From the NCBI GenBank assembly GCA_965240325.2, contig OZ251242.1, positions 1,116,001-1,180,000 of the forward strand: DNA of 64,000 nt, read 5' to 3'. Below the pieces are notes generated by a model that ran no database searches, was not told where the DNA came from, and worked only from the letters and a program-made list of their open reading frames with translations. How positions within the stretch are numbered: the stretch's first letter is position 1; every line of letters begins with the position of its first letter. The translations under genes were made by a program, and so were the position numbers. Positions 9,218 through 19,909 of the stretch are shown one piece after another. The stretch is from Rebecca billardiae RCC1528. Taxonomy: Eukaryota; Protista; Haptophyta.

Positions 9218-10834
9218 ATGGTCGCAGTCCTGCTCACCGCGGCGCTCGCGCTCCTTGGGGGCGCGCGGCCCCCGCTCGCGGGCCGGCGGTGCGCCGTGCG
9301 CGCGTCGACCGTGCAGCCCGCCGGCACTGACGCCGCCACGCCGTCGGGCAGCGGCCTGGGCGCGCACCTGCCCGTGCCGCCAGCGCTCGCCGACATGCTG
9401 CGCGCGCGCGGCATCGTCGAGCCCACGCCCATCCAGGAGGTCGCGTTCAGCCGCGTCCTCGCGGGCGAGAGCGTGGTGCTGCACGCCGAGACGGGAAGTG
9501 GCAAGTCGCTCGCCTTCCTCCTGCCCACGCTGCTCCGCCTCTGCGCCGAGGGCGCCGAAGACGACGCCGACACCGGGCTGTGCACAAAGCTGCTCGTGGT
9601 CGCGCCGACGCGCGAGCTCGCGGTGCAGCTGGGCGCGGAGGCTCGGTCGCTGCTGGACGCGCTCGGCGAGACGAGCGCCGCCAGCCCCGCCGTCGAGCTC
9701 GTCGTCGTCGGCACCGCGCCCTCGCCCGCCGCGCTCGGCGCGGCGCGCGTGCTCGTTGGCACACCCGCGGAGCTGCACCTCGTCCTGTGCGCCTCCGAGC
9801 TGGACGCGCCGGTGGCGGGCGCGGTGCGCGCGGCGGTGCTGGACGAGGTGGACCGACTGCTCCCCGTCACGCAGCTCTTCGGCCCCGAGGCCGCGCGGCG
9901 CAAGCGCAAGCTCAACCAGGCGCGCACCCGCCAGAGCGCGACAGAGACGCTTCTATTGGGCCTCCTCGAGCGGAATACCCACATGGGTATGCAGGTGGTC
10001 GCGGCGTCGGCGACGGCGTCGAAGCCGATCTGCTCGAAGCTGCAGCGCGTGCTCCGGCGCGACCAGCTCGGCCGCTGGTTCGACGCGCCGCCCGCCATCG
10101 TCCGCCCCGCCGCGCTCGTCGGCGCCGACCTCATGTCGCAGCCGCGCGCCGTCACCATCCCGGCCGGCGTGACTCACCTGACGAGATTTGTGCAGAGCGC
10201 CGGCGCGCGCGAGCTGGCGCGCGCGCTGCGCGAGGCGCACGAGGCGCTGCGCCCGCGCTCGGCGCTCGTCTTCGTGTGCAAGTCCGCCGGCATCACCGTG
10301 CGCGAGGCGACCGAGGCGCTGCGCGACGAGGGGCTGCCGGCGGCGGCACTGCACGAGGCGCTTGGGCTGACGGCCGCGCGCGCACGCGTCGCGGCCGCGG
10401 TCGCGGCCGACCAGGGCGGCGGCGGCGCGGGCGCGGGCGGCGCGGAGGAGGCGGGGCTGCACGACGTGTCGGCGACGCTGCTCGACCAGCACGGCGTGCT
10501 CACCGGCGGCTTCGGCGCCGCCGAGCCCTCCGCCGGGCCGCCGCCGCTCGTCGTCACGTTTGAGGACAATGCGCGCGGGCTGCACTTTGATGCGGTCGAC
10601 GTCGTGTATATCGCGGGCAAGCCGTCCAACCCGGCGACGTACCTGCACCTGGCGGGGCGCACGGGGCGGCAGCCCGTGCTGCGCGGGACGGTGGTCACGC
10701 TGTGCACGCGCAAGGCCGCGCGTGAGCTGCACAGCTGGAGCGCGCAGCTCGGCGGCGTCACGTTTGGTGAGCTGGGCACGACAGCAGCCGACTCTCGGGC
10801 GGAGTCAGAGTCGTCGTCGGAGTCAGGTCACTGA
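9218..10834 (+). CDS. DEAD-box RNA helicase, probably plastid-targeted
   Basis: PTPIQ, AETGSGKS, PTRELA, LDEVD, SAT, ARGL and HLAGRTGR motifs; hydrophobic N-terminus followed by an Arg/Ala-rich stretch. Confidence 0.88.
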   Translation: MVAVLLTAALALLGGARPPLAGRRCAVRASTVQPAGTDAATPSGSGLGAHLPVPPALADMLRARGIVEPTPIQEVAFSRVLAGESVVLHAETGSGKSLAFLLPTLLRLCAEGAEDDADTGLCTKLLVVAPTRELAVQLGAEARSLLDALGETSAASPAVELVVVGTAPSPAALGAARVLVGTPAELHLVLCASELDAPVAGAVRAAVLDEVDRLLPVTQLFGPEAARRKRKLNQARTRQSATETLLLGLLERNTHMGMQVVAASATASKPICSKLQRVLRRDQLGRWFDAPPAIVRPAALVGADLMSQPRAVTIPAGVTHLTRFVQSAGARELARALREAHEALRPRSALVFVCKSAGITVREATEALRDEGLPAAALHEALGLTAARARVAAAVAADQGGGGAGAGGAEEAGLHDVSATLLDQHGVLTGGFGAAEPSAGPPPLVVTFEDNARGLHFDAVDVVYIAGKPSNPATYLHLAGRTGRQPVLRGTVVTLCTRKAARELHSWSAQLGGVTFGELGTTAADSRAESESSSESGH

Positions 10835-11174
10835 GTCTGAGCCTGGGTCGCGCCAGGGCTTGCCACTGGCGCTTTCGCCCCCCGGGGGTGTTTGTGTACG
10901 CCTCGCTGGTTAGCCCCTTGGACAGCTTCAGGTTCACGACCGGCGACTGGCCGGTGACAGCCCTCCGGGGCCTGGGGCCCTGGGAGTGGGTGCCAGCCTA
11001 GGCTGCCAAGCCCTCGAGCTTGAGCTGGCCGGGCCGTCCGGGAGCGCTGGCCGGCCAGGCTGGGGACGTGTCCGGGTGGGTAACGACGAATATGGGGGTA
11101 CCCACTTGAAAAAATAGGAACGGCGGCCGTCCGCGCATATCTAATTTTGGGCTTTTGGCCGCAGTCAAGCCGCC

Positions 11175-12331
11175 ATGTCCTCCGACGTTGACGGCGTCGT
11201 CTATCGTGCGAAGCTCGCGGAGCAGGCGGAGCGCTATGAGGAGATGGTGCGATGGTGCCGAGCATCGCGTCGGGCTGCTCGCAAATCCCACCTGCGCGCA
11301 GAATGTCTGCCGCCCAATGCCCTGCGGCTGGCTGCCCGTGCGAAACTGTGTGTGCGCGACTGGCCTTGCTGAGCCTCGCCCGCCACCGCTGCACCTACCC
11401 TCCTCGCAGATGAACTTCATGAAGGAGGTGGCGAACATGCAGCCGAGCCTCACGCTCGAGCAGCGCAACCTGCTCAGCGTCGCGTACAAGAATATCGTCG
11501 GCGCCCGCCGCGCGGCCTTCCGCATCATCTCGTCGATCCTCGCCAAGGAGAAGGAGCGGGATGGCGACGGCGGCCACGTGCCGATGATCACGGCGTACAA
11601 GGCGAAGATCGAGGGCGAGCTGGAGAAGATCTGCCAGGACATCATCGGCCTGCTCGACACCAAGCTGATCAAGGACGCCGACACGCAGGGCAGCGCCGAG
11701 GCGCGCGTCTTCTTCAACAAGATGAAGGTGCAGTGCGCCCGCCCGCCCGACCGCCCGACCGTCATGCGCCGTGCCGCTGCCACCGGCGAGGGAGGTTCGG
11801 ACGTCGCGTCGCGCGTCGGCCCGGGCCGACGGCGGCGCTCACGGCGCGCACGTCTCGCGCGCCCGGCGAGGCGCGCGGGGGGCTCTCGCCTCCCCACCAC
11901 CCTTGGTCGTGGCCCCTGGATGTGCCAGCGCTCTCACACGCCCTTGCCCACCTCCGCTTGCCCGTGCCCCTGCCGAACGCCGGCTGTGCCCGACGCAGGG
12001 CGACTACTTCAGGTACCTCGCCGAGTTCCAGGACGGCGAGGACGTGAAGCAGTCTTCGAGCTCGGCGTACACCGTGGCGAAGAAGATCGCCGACGAGGGC
12101 CTCGCGCCGACCCACCCGATCCGGCTCGGGCTCGCGCTCAACTATTCGGTCTTCCTGTTTGAGGTGATGGGCAAGGAGTCGGAGGCGTGCGAGCTCGCCA
12201 AGTCGGCGTTCGACGACGCGATCGCCGAGCTGGACACGCTGGACGAGGAGTCGTACAAGGATTCGACGCTGATCATGCAGCTGCTGCGAGACAACCTCAC
12301 GCTGTGGACGAGCGATGAGAAAGCGGAATGA
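11175..12331 (+). CDS. 14-3-3 protein, 3 exons (11175-11246, 11410-11727, 11999-12331)
   Basis: [26 protein letters not shown]|[24 protein letters not shown] and [25 protein letters not shown] introns 11247-11409 and 11728-11998 give a clean spliced frame. Confidence 0.97.
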
Positions 12332-13360
12332 GCGCGCTCGCCGCCGTAGCAGCCGACTTCAAGCGCACGTACCCAGCAGCGCGGCACTGGCAGCAGGGCG
12401 ACGCGCCGGCGCGGCAGCACGCGCCAGGTTGATGTAACAGTATAGTTGAGGAGCTTGCGGTCTGTCATCAGTCAGACGACTACTTAGCTCAGCAGAGTCC
12501 GCGCGCCCGGGAGACCGAGCCGACGGTCCCGCCGCCGTCCGCCGAGACCGTTCCGCCCGCGGCGCCGCCGGCGGGACTTCAAGATCGGACGGTTCCGCCG
12601 GTCCGCGCTTTAGTGGCGACTACCGCGTGGTCCGACGGTACTTCACTGTGACTGCTAGATCACTCGTCACTCAGTTGCGGCACCGTGACGGGTGAAGTCC
12701 GGTCACTAGACTGCGGCCGCGGGTCAGTCACAACCGGTATACGGTTCTTAGATCGGGCGACTGACGACGACCGACCGCCGGTATACCGCCACTCTCACTC
12801 GAAGATGATACTACTATATACCGTCAGGGCGGTACGACCGCCTTATGATTGGCGGCCCCGCGGCGGCGCCTGATCGGGTCCGCTGCTGCCACTCCTGGAC
12901 GCCGGCTGGACGAGCCCGAGGCTGTCAGTCAGACTCAGAGAGTCGCAGAGTATATAGACTGCTGTGTCGCGGTGTCAGTCGGGTCGGTCGTGACTCGACG
13001 ACGACTGCTATATATATACTACTACCCGTCTACCGAGTAACCGGGACCGGTCGGATCGGATCAGTCGGATTCAAGTCGGCGCCCGCCCCGCGGCCCCGCC
13101 CGCGATCAACTCGGCCGCCATCGGCTAACTCCTGAGATACACTGCTATTAACTGGTCCACGGACGACGGACCGAACGGTCCCGCCGATGATCGGAGCATG
13201 CAGCAGCGATATGATGAATTGATGACGATGTCGATGATTATGCGGATCCGCGCCTGCCGCTGCACTGTGACTCTCGGAGCCTGGCGGCAACCGTTGACGC
13301 CAACTACGGTTCAGATCGACGATCGCGTCCCGGAGTGAAGTAACGGATCAATGCCTGCCG

Positions 13361-15406
13361 CTACTGCCCTTCGCGGGCCCCCAGCAACCTGCGCAGCGCC
13401 GGCGGCACGGCGACGGCGGCGAGCAGCAGCGCCGCAGCGGCAACGCCTAGCGCGACGACGGCCGCCGCCCCCTCGCTCGCGCGCTCGCGCTCGCCGTGCT
13501 GGCGCGTGCTCGACTCCTGGACGGCCTTGCCAGCGCGCGCCGCGGCGCCGCTGGCGGCGGCGCCGGCCGCGGCCGTTGCCATGCTCGGCCCGAAGACGGC
13601 GGCGCACACGTCGGGCGGCGTGCCCTCCTTGCCCCCATGCCCACGCCCGTGCCGGCGACTGTGCCGCTTGCCGCGCCCGTGCTTGTCGCCGTGCTCGCCC
13701 TCCAGCTCGAGCTCGTGCGCCAGCTGGCTGAACGACACGACGCGCGGCGCGCCCTCGGCGCACGCGCGCTGGAACGGGGCGGGGTCGACGAGCGCGTTGC
13801 TCGCCATCATCGCCTTGTAGTAGCACGCCGACGCCTTGACGTACCGCTCCTCGCTCTCGTAGTCCACGTAGACCAGCCCGAAGCGCTGCGTGTACCCCTC
13901 GGCCCACTCAAAGTTGTCGAGCAGCGACCAACCAGTGTACCCGGCGAGCGGCACGCCGTCCTCGTTGATCGCCTTGTACATCTCGGAGGTGTAGTTGGCG
14001 AAGAAGCTGATGCGCTGCGCGTCGCACACCGCCTCGCCCGCGCTCGCCGCGCCCACGCTCCAGCCGTTCTCCGTGATGTAGATCGCCGGCGGCGCGTACC
14101 GCGCGTTGATCCAGTTGAGGAGCTTGCGCACGCCCCACGGCACCGAGAAGAGCCAGCTCGAGTTGGAGGTGGGCCACTCGTCGAGGATGATCTCCTCGGT
14201 GGCGGAGTCCTCGCCCCACGAGGGCGGGTGCGCGTCCGTGCCGTATTCGCTCGGCAGCGGCGCGTCGCGCAGCAGCCGCCCCGAGTACGTGTTCAGCCCG
14301 AACATGTCCGCCGATCCCTTGAGCAGCGCGCGCTCGGCGGCCGTGAAGGTCGGGAGCCGCTCGCCGAGCGCCGCGCGCATCGACTCCGGGTAGTCGCCGA
14401 GCCAGACGGGGTCGGCGAACCAGCCGAGGAAGAACTCGTTGTGCCGCGCCGCCGCGGCGATGTCCGCCTCCGACGCGCTCGCCGGCTCCGCCCAGTCGAT
14501 GTTGTTCGTCATGCCGATCCGACCGCGCTGCCGCGCCGCGAAGCGCGATCGGTACTCGCGCACGGCGCGGCCGTGCGCGAGCAGGACGTGGTGGCCGGCG
14601 AGGTAGACGTCGGTGCCGGCGGGCGCGCGCGCGCCCTTGCGGCACGCGTCGGCGCCGTCCCAGTTGCACAGCGACGGCGCGTGCTGCCCCGACATCCCGA
14701 GCACCGTGAACGTCCACGCCTCGTTGAAGGTGTACCACGTCTTCACGCGGTCGCCGAAGAGCTCAAAGCACAGGCCGGCGTACTCGGCGAAGAGGGCGGG
14801 CATCCGCGCGTCGAGCCAGCCCGCGTACTGCGAGGGGTGCCCGTGCGCGCTGTCGTTGAGCAGCGCCTGCGGCAGGTCCCAGTGGTACAGCGTCACCACC
14901 GGCTCGATGCCCGCGCCGCGCAGCGCGTCGATGAGCGAGTCGTAATACGCGCGGCCGGCCGGGTTGGCGCGCCCGCCGGAGGCGTCGAGCGTGCCGCCGG
15001 GGAGCAGCCGGGGCCACGAGATCGAGAAGCGGTACTGCTTGAGCCCGAGCGCGCGCATCAGCGCCACGTCCTCGCGGAAGCGGTGGTACTGGTCGCACGC
15101 GACCGACCCGGTGTCGCCTCGGCCGTCATTCATGCCCGGGTTGATCTCGCTGCCGTCGGCGCCGGTGAAGACGTCCCAGATCGAGAGGCCGCGCCCGCCC
15201 TCGGCGTATGCGCCCTCGACCTGGTACGCCGCCGTGCCCAGGCCCCACTCGAAGCCATCGGGGAACGCGCCCTGGTGCGAGTACTCGCGCGGGTGCGTGT
15301 ACCGGTATGGCAGCGGGTACGGCGCGGCGGCCGCGGGGCGAAGGAGGGCGGCGAGGGCGAGGGCGGCGAGGGCAAGCTGCGCGAGCATGTGGCCGACCGA
15401 GAGCAT
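13361..15406 (-). CDS. Glycoside hydrolase family 1 (beta-glucosidase) with signal peptide and C-terminal TM anchor
   Basis: TAAYQVEG, YRFSISWPR, TLYHWDLP, acid/base TFNEA, nucleophile ITENG and WSLLDNFEW. Start taken at MLSVGH (15406); 15388 is an alternative. Confidence 0.95.
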   Translation of the reverse strand: MLSVGHMLAQLALAALALAALLRPAAAAPYPLPYRYTHPREYSHQGAFPDGFEWGLGTAAYQVEGAYAEGGRGLSIWDVFTGADGSEINPGMNDGRGDTGSVACDQYHRFREDVALMRALGLKQYRFSISWPRLLPGGTLDASGGRANPAGRAYYDSLIDALRGAGIEPVVTLYHWDLPQALLNDSAHGHPSQYAGWLDARMPALFAEYAGLCFELFGDRVKTWYTFNEAWTFTVLGMSGQHAPSLCNWDGADACRKGARAPAGTDVYLAGHHVLLAHGRAVREYRSRFAARQRGRIGMTNNIDWAEPASASEADIAAAARHNEFFLGWFADPVWLGDYPESMRAALGERLPTFTAAERALLKGSADMFGLNTYSGRLLRDAPLPSEYGTDAHPPSWGEDSATEEIILDEWPTSNSSWLFSVPWGVRKLLNWINARYAPPAIYITENGWSVGAASAGEAVCDAQRISFFANYTSEMYKAINEDGVPLAGYTGWSLLDNFEWAEGYTQRFGLVYVDYESEERYVKASACYYKAMMASNALVDPAPFQRACAEGAPRVVSFSQLAHELELEGEHGDKHGRGKRHSRRHGRGHGGKEGTPPDVCAAVFGPSMATAAAGAAASGAAARAGKAVQESSTRQHGERERASEGAAAVVALGVAAAALLLAAVAVPPALRRLLGAREGQ

Positions 15407-16006
15407 CGCCGATCGAGGCGCTGGGCGGCGTGCGGGGCGGCGAGACGCGCGCGGGAGAGCGGCCGTGCTGCTGCCGTCGATCCGGCGCCGATCTTCGCGC
15501 GCAGAGCGACGAGCAATTTCGGGGCTCAGGCGGTCATCACAGACAGAGGGAATCCACGACGTACGACACTCTATCCGCTGGCACTCTACAGGCACCCTTG
15601 CGCAGTACTCTCAATCTCATCGACTTCTGCGGCTTCGCAGTCACTAGTCAGCAGCCAGCACGTACGGCAGTGCCTGCGCACGCCCATGATATTCAATTCG
15701 ATTTAGTTTCGTTGTGCAGTAAGTGTTATACTGATGGACGACCCGGAAATACCGTCACTGTGACACTGCGGCCCAGCCCTGGCAGCTTCCCGACAAGGGC
15801 CTTGTTCCCGAGGCGGCAGGCCCGCGCACTGCGATGCCGTGGGCGGTCGCACCGGCACCGCGGACGACGGCTGGCGCCTGGCCCTCACGCGGGCCTCACG
15901 CGGTCAAGCGCCGCCGCGGCAACTCCGTCCGGGCTGCCAGCCGGCGCTTACTGGCGGCGACTGCCCCGCGCCATCGCGCACCGAGTCACTCTCGGAGTCA
16001 CGAGTG

Positions 16007-17806
16007 TCACTGTGACGCACCCCGGCGCCGCAGGGGTGGCAGCTGCGCAATCCGCGCAGGAGAGACGAGGTCGTCCATCCAATCGGCCAAGCGCACGCCG
16101 TGGCCGAGCGCTGCAGACTGCCTGCCACACGAGTACGCGCCGCCGTCTGACGTGATCCAAAGCGCCTGGCAGTAGTCGGGAAAGCAGTCCACCAGCTGGC
16201 CGTGCGCTGGGGCGTGCACGCGCACCGGAAGCAGCTGATCTGCACCAGCTGAGCCGATGCCAAGCTGGCCGCGGTTGTTGTCGCCAAACGTGTACACGCT
16301 GCCGTCAGCGCCCATCACAGCACTGCAATGAAAGCCCGCGCTGGCGCGCACGATGCGCACGCCCTGCAGCGCCTCGATGCGCCTGGGCACGAGTGTGTCG
16401 GAGGTGTCACCATGGCCAAGGCAACCGCAATCCCCACGCCCGAACGAGTGCACACCGCCTGTGGCATCCACCACCAGGCTGTGCTCCTCGCCCGCGCTCA
16501 CATGCACGGCGCGCACGCCCTCCAGCGCCTCGATGCGCTGAGGCGTGCGCAGAGTGTTCTGGTCGCCATGCCCGAGGCGGCCTGCTTGGCCGGCACCGCA
16601 CGAGTACACGGCACCGCCCATCGACAGCAGCAGCGTGTGCCCGTAACCAGCGGCAATGCCGCCCACGCGCACACCGTCCAGCGCATCGATGCGCACAGGC
16701 TCCAGCCGGTCCTCAACGTCGCCGTGGCCGAGCTGGCCGTACTCGTTCCATCCCCAGCTGTACACACCACCCGCAGCACTGAGCGCGAGGCTGTGATGCT
16801 CACCAGCGGCGATGCCCACGACGAGCCCCATGCTGCTCATGCCCAGCGCGGTGAAGACTCGGCGATCCTCCTCGTCGCCCAGGCCCAGCTCGCCGAATTC
16901 ATTCGAACCACACGCGTACACGGCACCACAGTCGCTCAGCGCGAGCAGGTGTCCGTTGCCAGCGGCCACCGCACGCATGCGCACCGCCGAAAGTGATGCC
17001 ACGCGCGTCGGCACGAGGACCGCTGACTCGCGCAGCTCCGGATGGCCCAGTACAGCGGGCGCATCTATCTCCTCCTCACCGCACGTGTGCAGCCCGCCCG
17101 ATGCATCCACGAACGCGCTGAAGGTGATCCCCTCGTTGTCTCCGCTACTACCCATCACAGCCACGCACGCGTGCGCAGCCGCCAGCTCCAGCACGCGCTC
17201 GCGTGCGAACAGCTCCGCCCGCCACGAGAGAGGCGCAGGCAGCGCGCCCTCATGCCCGCGCTGGCGCGCGCGCTCGAGCAGCGCGTGCTCCACCGGTGAG
17301 CGGCCAGCAGGCGTGCCGCGGAAGAGGCGCGATGTGCCGTTCAGGCTGGCCAGATCCTGCGCACTCTCGATCCAGCCGAGGATGCGCGAGATCACGTCCG
17401 TCGGCAGGTCGCACAGCGTGACAGTGGCAGCGTTGTGGCACGGCGGATCGCGCTGCACGGCCGTCACCTCCTCGCGCGAAGCGCCTCCTGTGCACGCCGC
17501 AACGGCGAAGTAGCGCAATGCCACGAGCTCGTGGATGCCGTCGTACTGCGTCCTTGCCGACGCCGCCTTCGTCACGCGCTTGCACCCGGGCCGGCCGCAC
17601 CGCACGGCGCAACGCTCGGACGCGAGCGCGCGCTGGAGGAGGCACGCGTTGTGCACGACGTGCTCGTCGTCGCACGCGAGCTGCGCCCACGGCTGCATAC
17701 CGATGCGATCGCCGCACAGCGCGCACGACGCGCCGAACACGGGCGACGCGCCGGCGTTGCCTTCGTCAGCGCGCCGCGAGCGCTCGGAGGGCTCCATCAT
17801 CATCAT
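16007..17806 (-). CDS. RING-like + F-box + RCC1-repeat protein, solo inverted copy of the array family
   Basis: CALC...C-x3-H-x2-H-x2-C...C-x4-C; F-box LCDLPTDVISRILGWI...DLASLNGTSRLFR; repeated VYSWGxNxxGQLGHG. Clearly homologous to the array copies. Confidence 0.9.
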   Translation of the reverse strand: MMMMEPSERSRRADEGNAGASPVFGASCALCGDRIGMQPWAQLACDDEHVVHNACLLQRALASERCAVRCGRPGCKRVTKAASARTQYDGIHELVALRYFAVAACTGGASREEVTAVQRDPPCHNAATVTLCDLPTDVISRILGWIESAQDLASLNGTSRLFRGTPAGRSPVEHALLERARQRGHEGALPAPLSWRAELFARERVLELAAAHACVAVMGSSGDNEGITFSAFVDASGGLHTCGEEEIDAPAVLGHPELRESAVLVPTRVASLSAVRMRAVAAGNGHLLALSDCGAVYACGSNEFGELGLGDEEDRRVFTALGMSSMGLVVGIAAGEHHSLALSAAGGVYSWGWNEYGQLGHGDVEDRLEPVRIDALDGVRVGGIAAGYGHTLLLSMGGAVYSCGAGQAGRLGHGDQNTLRTPQRIEALEGVRAVHVSAGEEHSLVVDATGGVHSFGRGDCGCLGHGDTSDTLVPRRIEALQGVRIVRASAGFHCSAVMGADGSVYTFGDNNRGQLGIGSAGADQLLPVRVHAPAHGQLVDCFPDYCQALWITSDGGAYSCGRQSAALGHGVRLADWMDDLVSPARIAQLPPLRRRGASQ

Positions 17807-18016
17807 CTCGCGCGCGTCTTCCGGGAGATCGACGTAATTCTTGCACGCGCCATTTGCCCATTTCCAATTTTATTTCCATCCGCCGATTTATGATCGGGCC
17901 CCGGCAGGCTGGATCAGGTCGATGACGGTACGTGAGATGGCACCGGCGACGGCGGCAACCGGACGAACCGCGCGCCAATGCGCTGATGATGATATTGACG
18001 ACGCAATCTAGAACCG

Positions 18017-19878
18017 TCACAGCATCTGCTCGCCGTTCCGTGGTGACGATGCGCGGCCAACGGCGTCCGCGCGAGCAGCCCAGTACGCGCGGGCGGCTGG
18101 TGATGCGGCCCGGCCGATGCCGCTCGCGCTGCCGCTCGCGGCCTCGATGCGCTCCAGGGCGCTCAGGGGCTGCCGCCGCCTCACCGCGCGCACGGCGGCG
18201 GCCACCCAGCCGAGCGCCGCCACTGTCGCCAGCACGGCGGCCGCGCCAGCTGCGAGCGTCGGCGCCGCCGCCACGCTGCCGCCGTGGCGCGGCGGGTCGG
18301 CCAGCCGAGGCGCGCCTGCGCCCGAGCGCCCGCCCGCCCGCCTCGGCGCTCGCGCCGCGCCGCGCTCGCGCCGCGCGCGCTGCGCGCCGCCCTCGGCCGC
18401 CGCCGCGCTCTGATTGGCCAGCAGCTCGAGCGCCACGTCGCCAAAGGCGTAGACCGCCGAGTGCGAGTGCCACCGGCCGTTCCCGCATAGCCGGAGCGGC
18501 GGCGCGGCGCCCTCCTCCGCCGCGCACACGGGCTCGCACTCCGAGTCGCTCACCTTGCGGAACTTGCCCTCCGGGTGGCGGTGGCCACACGAGCACTCGC
18601 CCGCGTGCAGACCGACGTAGTGCCACGGGCCGGCGCCGTGGCCCGCGCACACGGCCGCGCACGCGGCGCTCGAGCCCTGCGCCGCCTCCGCGTGCAGGCG
18701 CTCAGGATACATGTGGCCGCGGCCGTCGTCGAAACAGCCCACGTACGCGATCGGCGGCGGCGGCGACGGCGGCGGCGCGGGGAGCACGGGCAGGGTGTAC
18801 ACGGCCAGCCGCAGGTGGGTGCGATCATTGTCGCCGCAGCGCCAGACCATCGCGCCGCCCGCGCCGCTCCCGTCCGCGTCGGCGCTGGCGGCGGCCGCGT
18901 CGTCCGCAAGCACCGCTCCATGGAGCTCTGCGTCCACCGCGCCGCCGTCCACGTCAGCCGCGCACGGCTGGCCACACTCGGAGTCCGGCACTTGCTTGTA
19001 CCGGTGCGCGCTGGCGGGCGGCAGCGCGTGCGCGCAGTAGCAGTCGCCCGCCTGGAGGGCCATGTACGGAGCGGTCGCGCAGACGAGCGCGCACGCGGAG
19101 ACGCCGATATTGAAGCCCTGCCGCGTGTCGTATGCGTGCATCGAGTCATCGTAGTAACAGCCCGCCCACTCTGCCTGGGGCAGGGGCGGTGAGGGCGGCA
19201 CGGGCGGCGAGGGCGAGGGCGGCGGGCTGGAGGGAGGCGCGCTCGGCGGCGCGCTCGGTGGGAACGGCGGCGGTGGCGGCGACGGCGACGGGAGCGGCGG
19301 CGGCCGCGGGAGCGGCGGCGGCGGCGGCGGAGGCAAGGGCGGCGGAGGCGACAAGGGCAGCGGAGGCGGCGAGGGGCGCGCGGCGGCGGGCTTTGCCGGG
19401 TGCCGCCTGCCGCCGAGCGCGCTCCACGGCCGAAGCACGGCCGGGAGCGGCGACGCCGGCGGTGGCCGCGGCGGCGGCGGCGGCGCGGGCGAGGGCGAGG
19501 GCGAGGGCAGCCTGGGAGCGGCACGCGGCGCGCGCCCTCCGCCGCTCGGCGCCGCGGGAGACGCCGCGTGCGGAGCTGGGCGCGTGACGGCCCAGGCGCC
19601 GGGCGGCGGCGGCGGCGGCGAGAGCAGCCGTTGCCCGTGGCGCTGCGGCCTGCCCGCCGCCAGCGGCCCGCCCGCGCGCCCGCCCGCCTCCCCTGCCGAC
19701 GGCGAGGGCGGCGCACCGTCAAGAGCGCCAGCTGGCGTGGGCGCGGGCGCGGGCGCCGGCTGCCCGGGCCTGACCCACGGCATCAGAGGCGACTGCACGG
19801 CGACGAGGGCCACTAGGGAGAAGAGAAGGAGGAGGGCGAGGGCCATGCACGCGATCGAGAGCCCGCGCAGGCCGCACG

Positions 19879-19909
<31 letters not shown>

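Noticed and set aside
10854-11014. hAT-like ends CAGGGCTTGCCA / TGCCAAGCCCTC
   Set aside because: Imperfect match and no TSD
11155-12162. 335-aa ORF as a complete gene
   Set aside because: Reads through introns of the 14-3-3 gene
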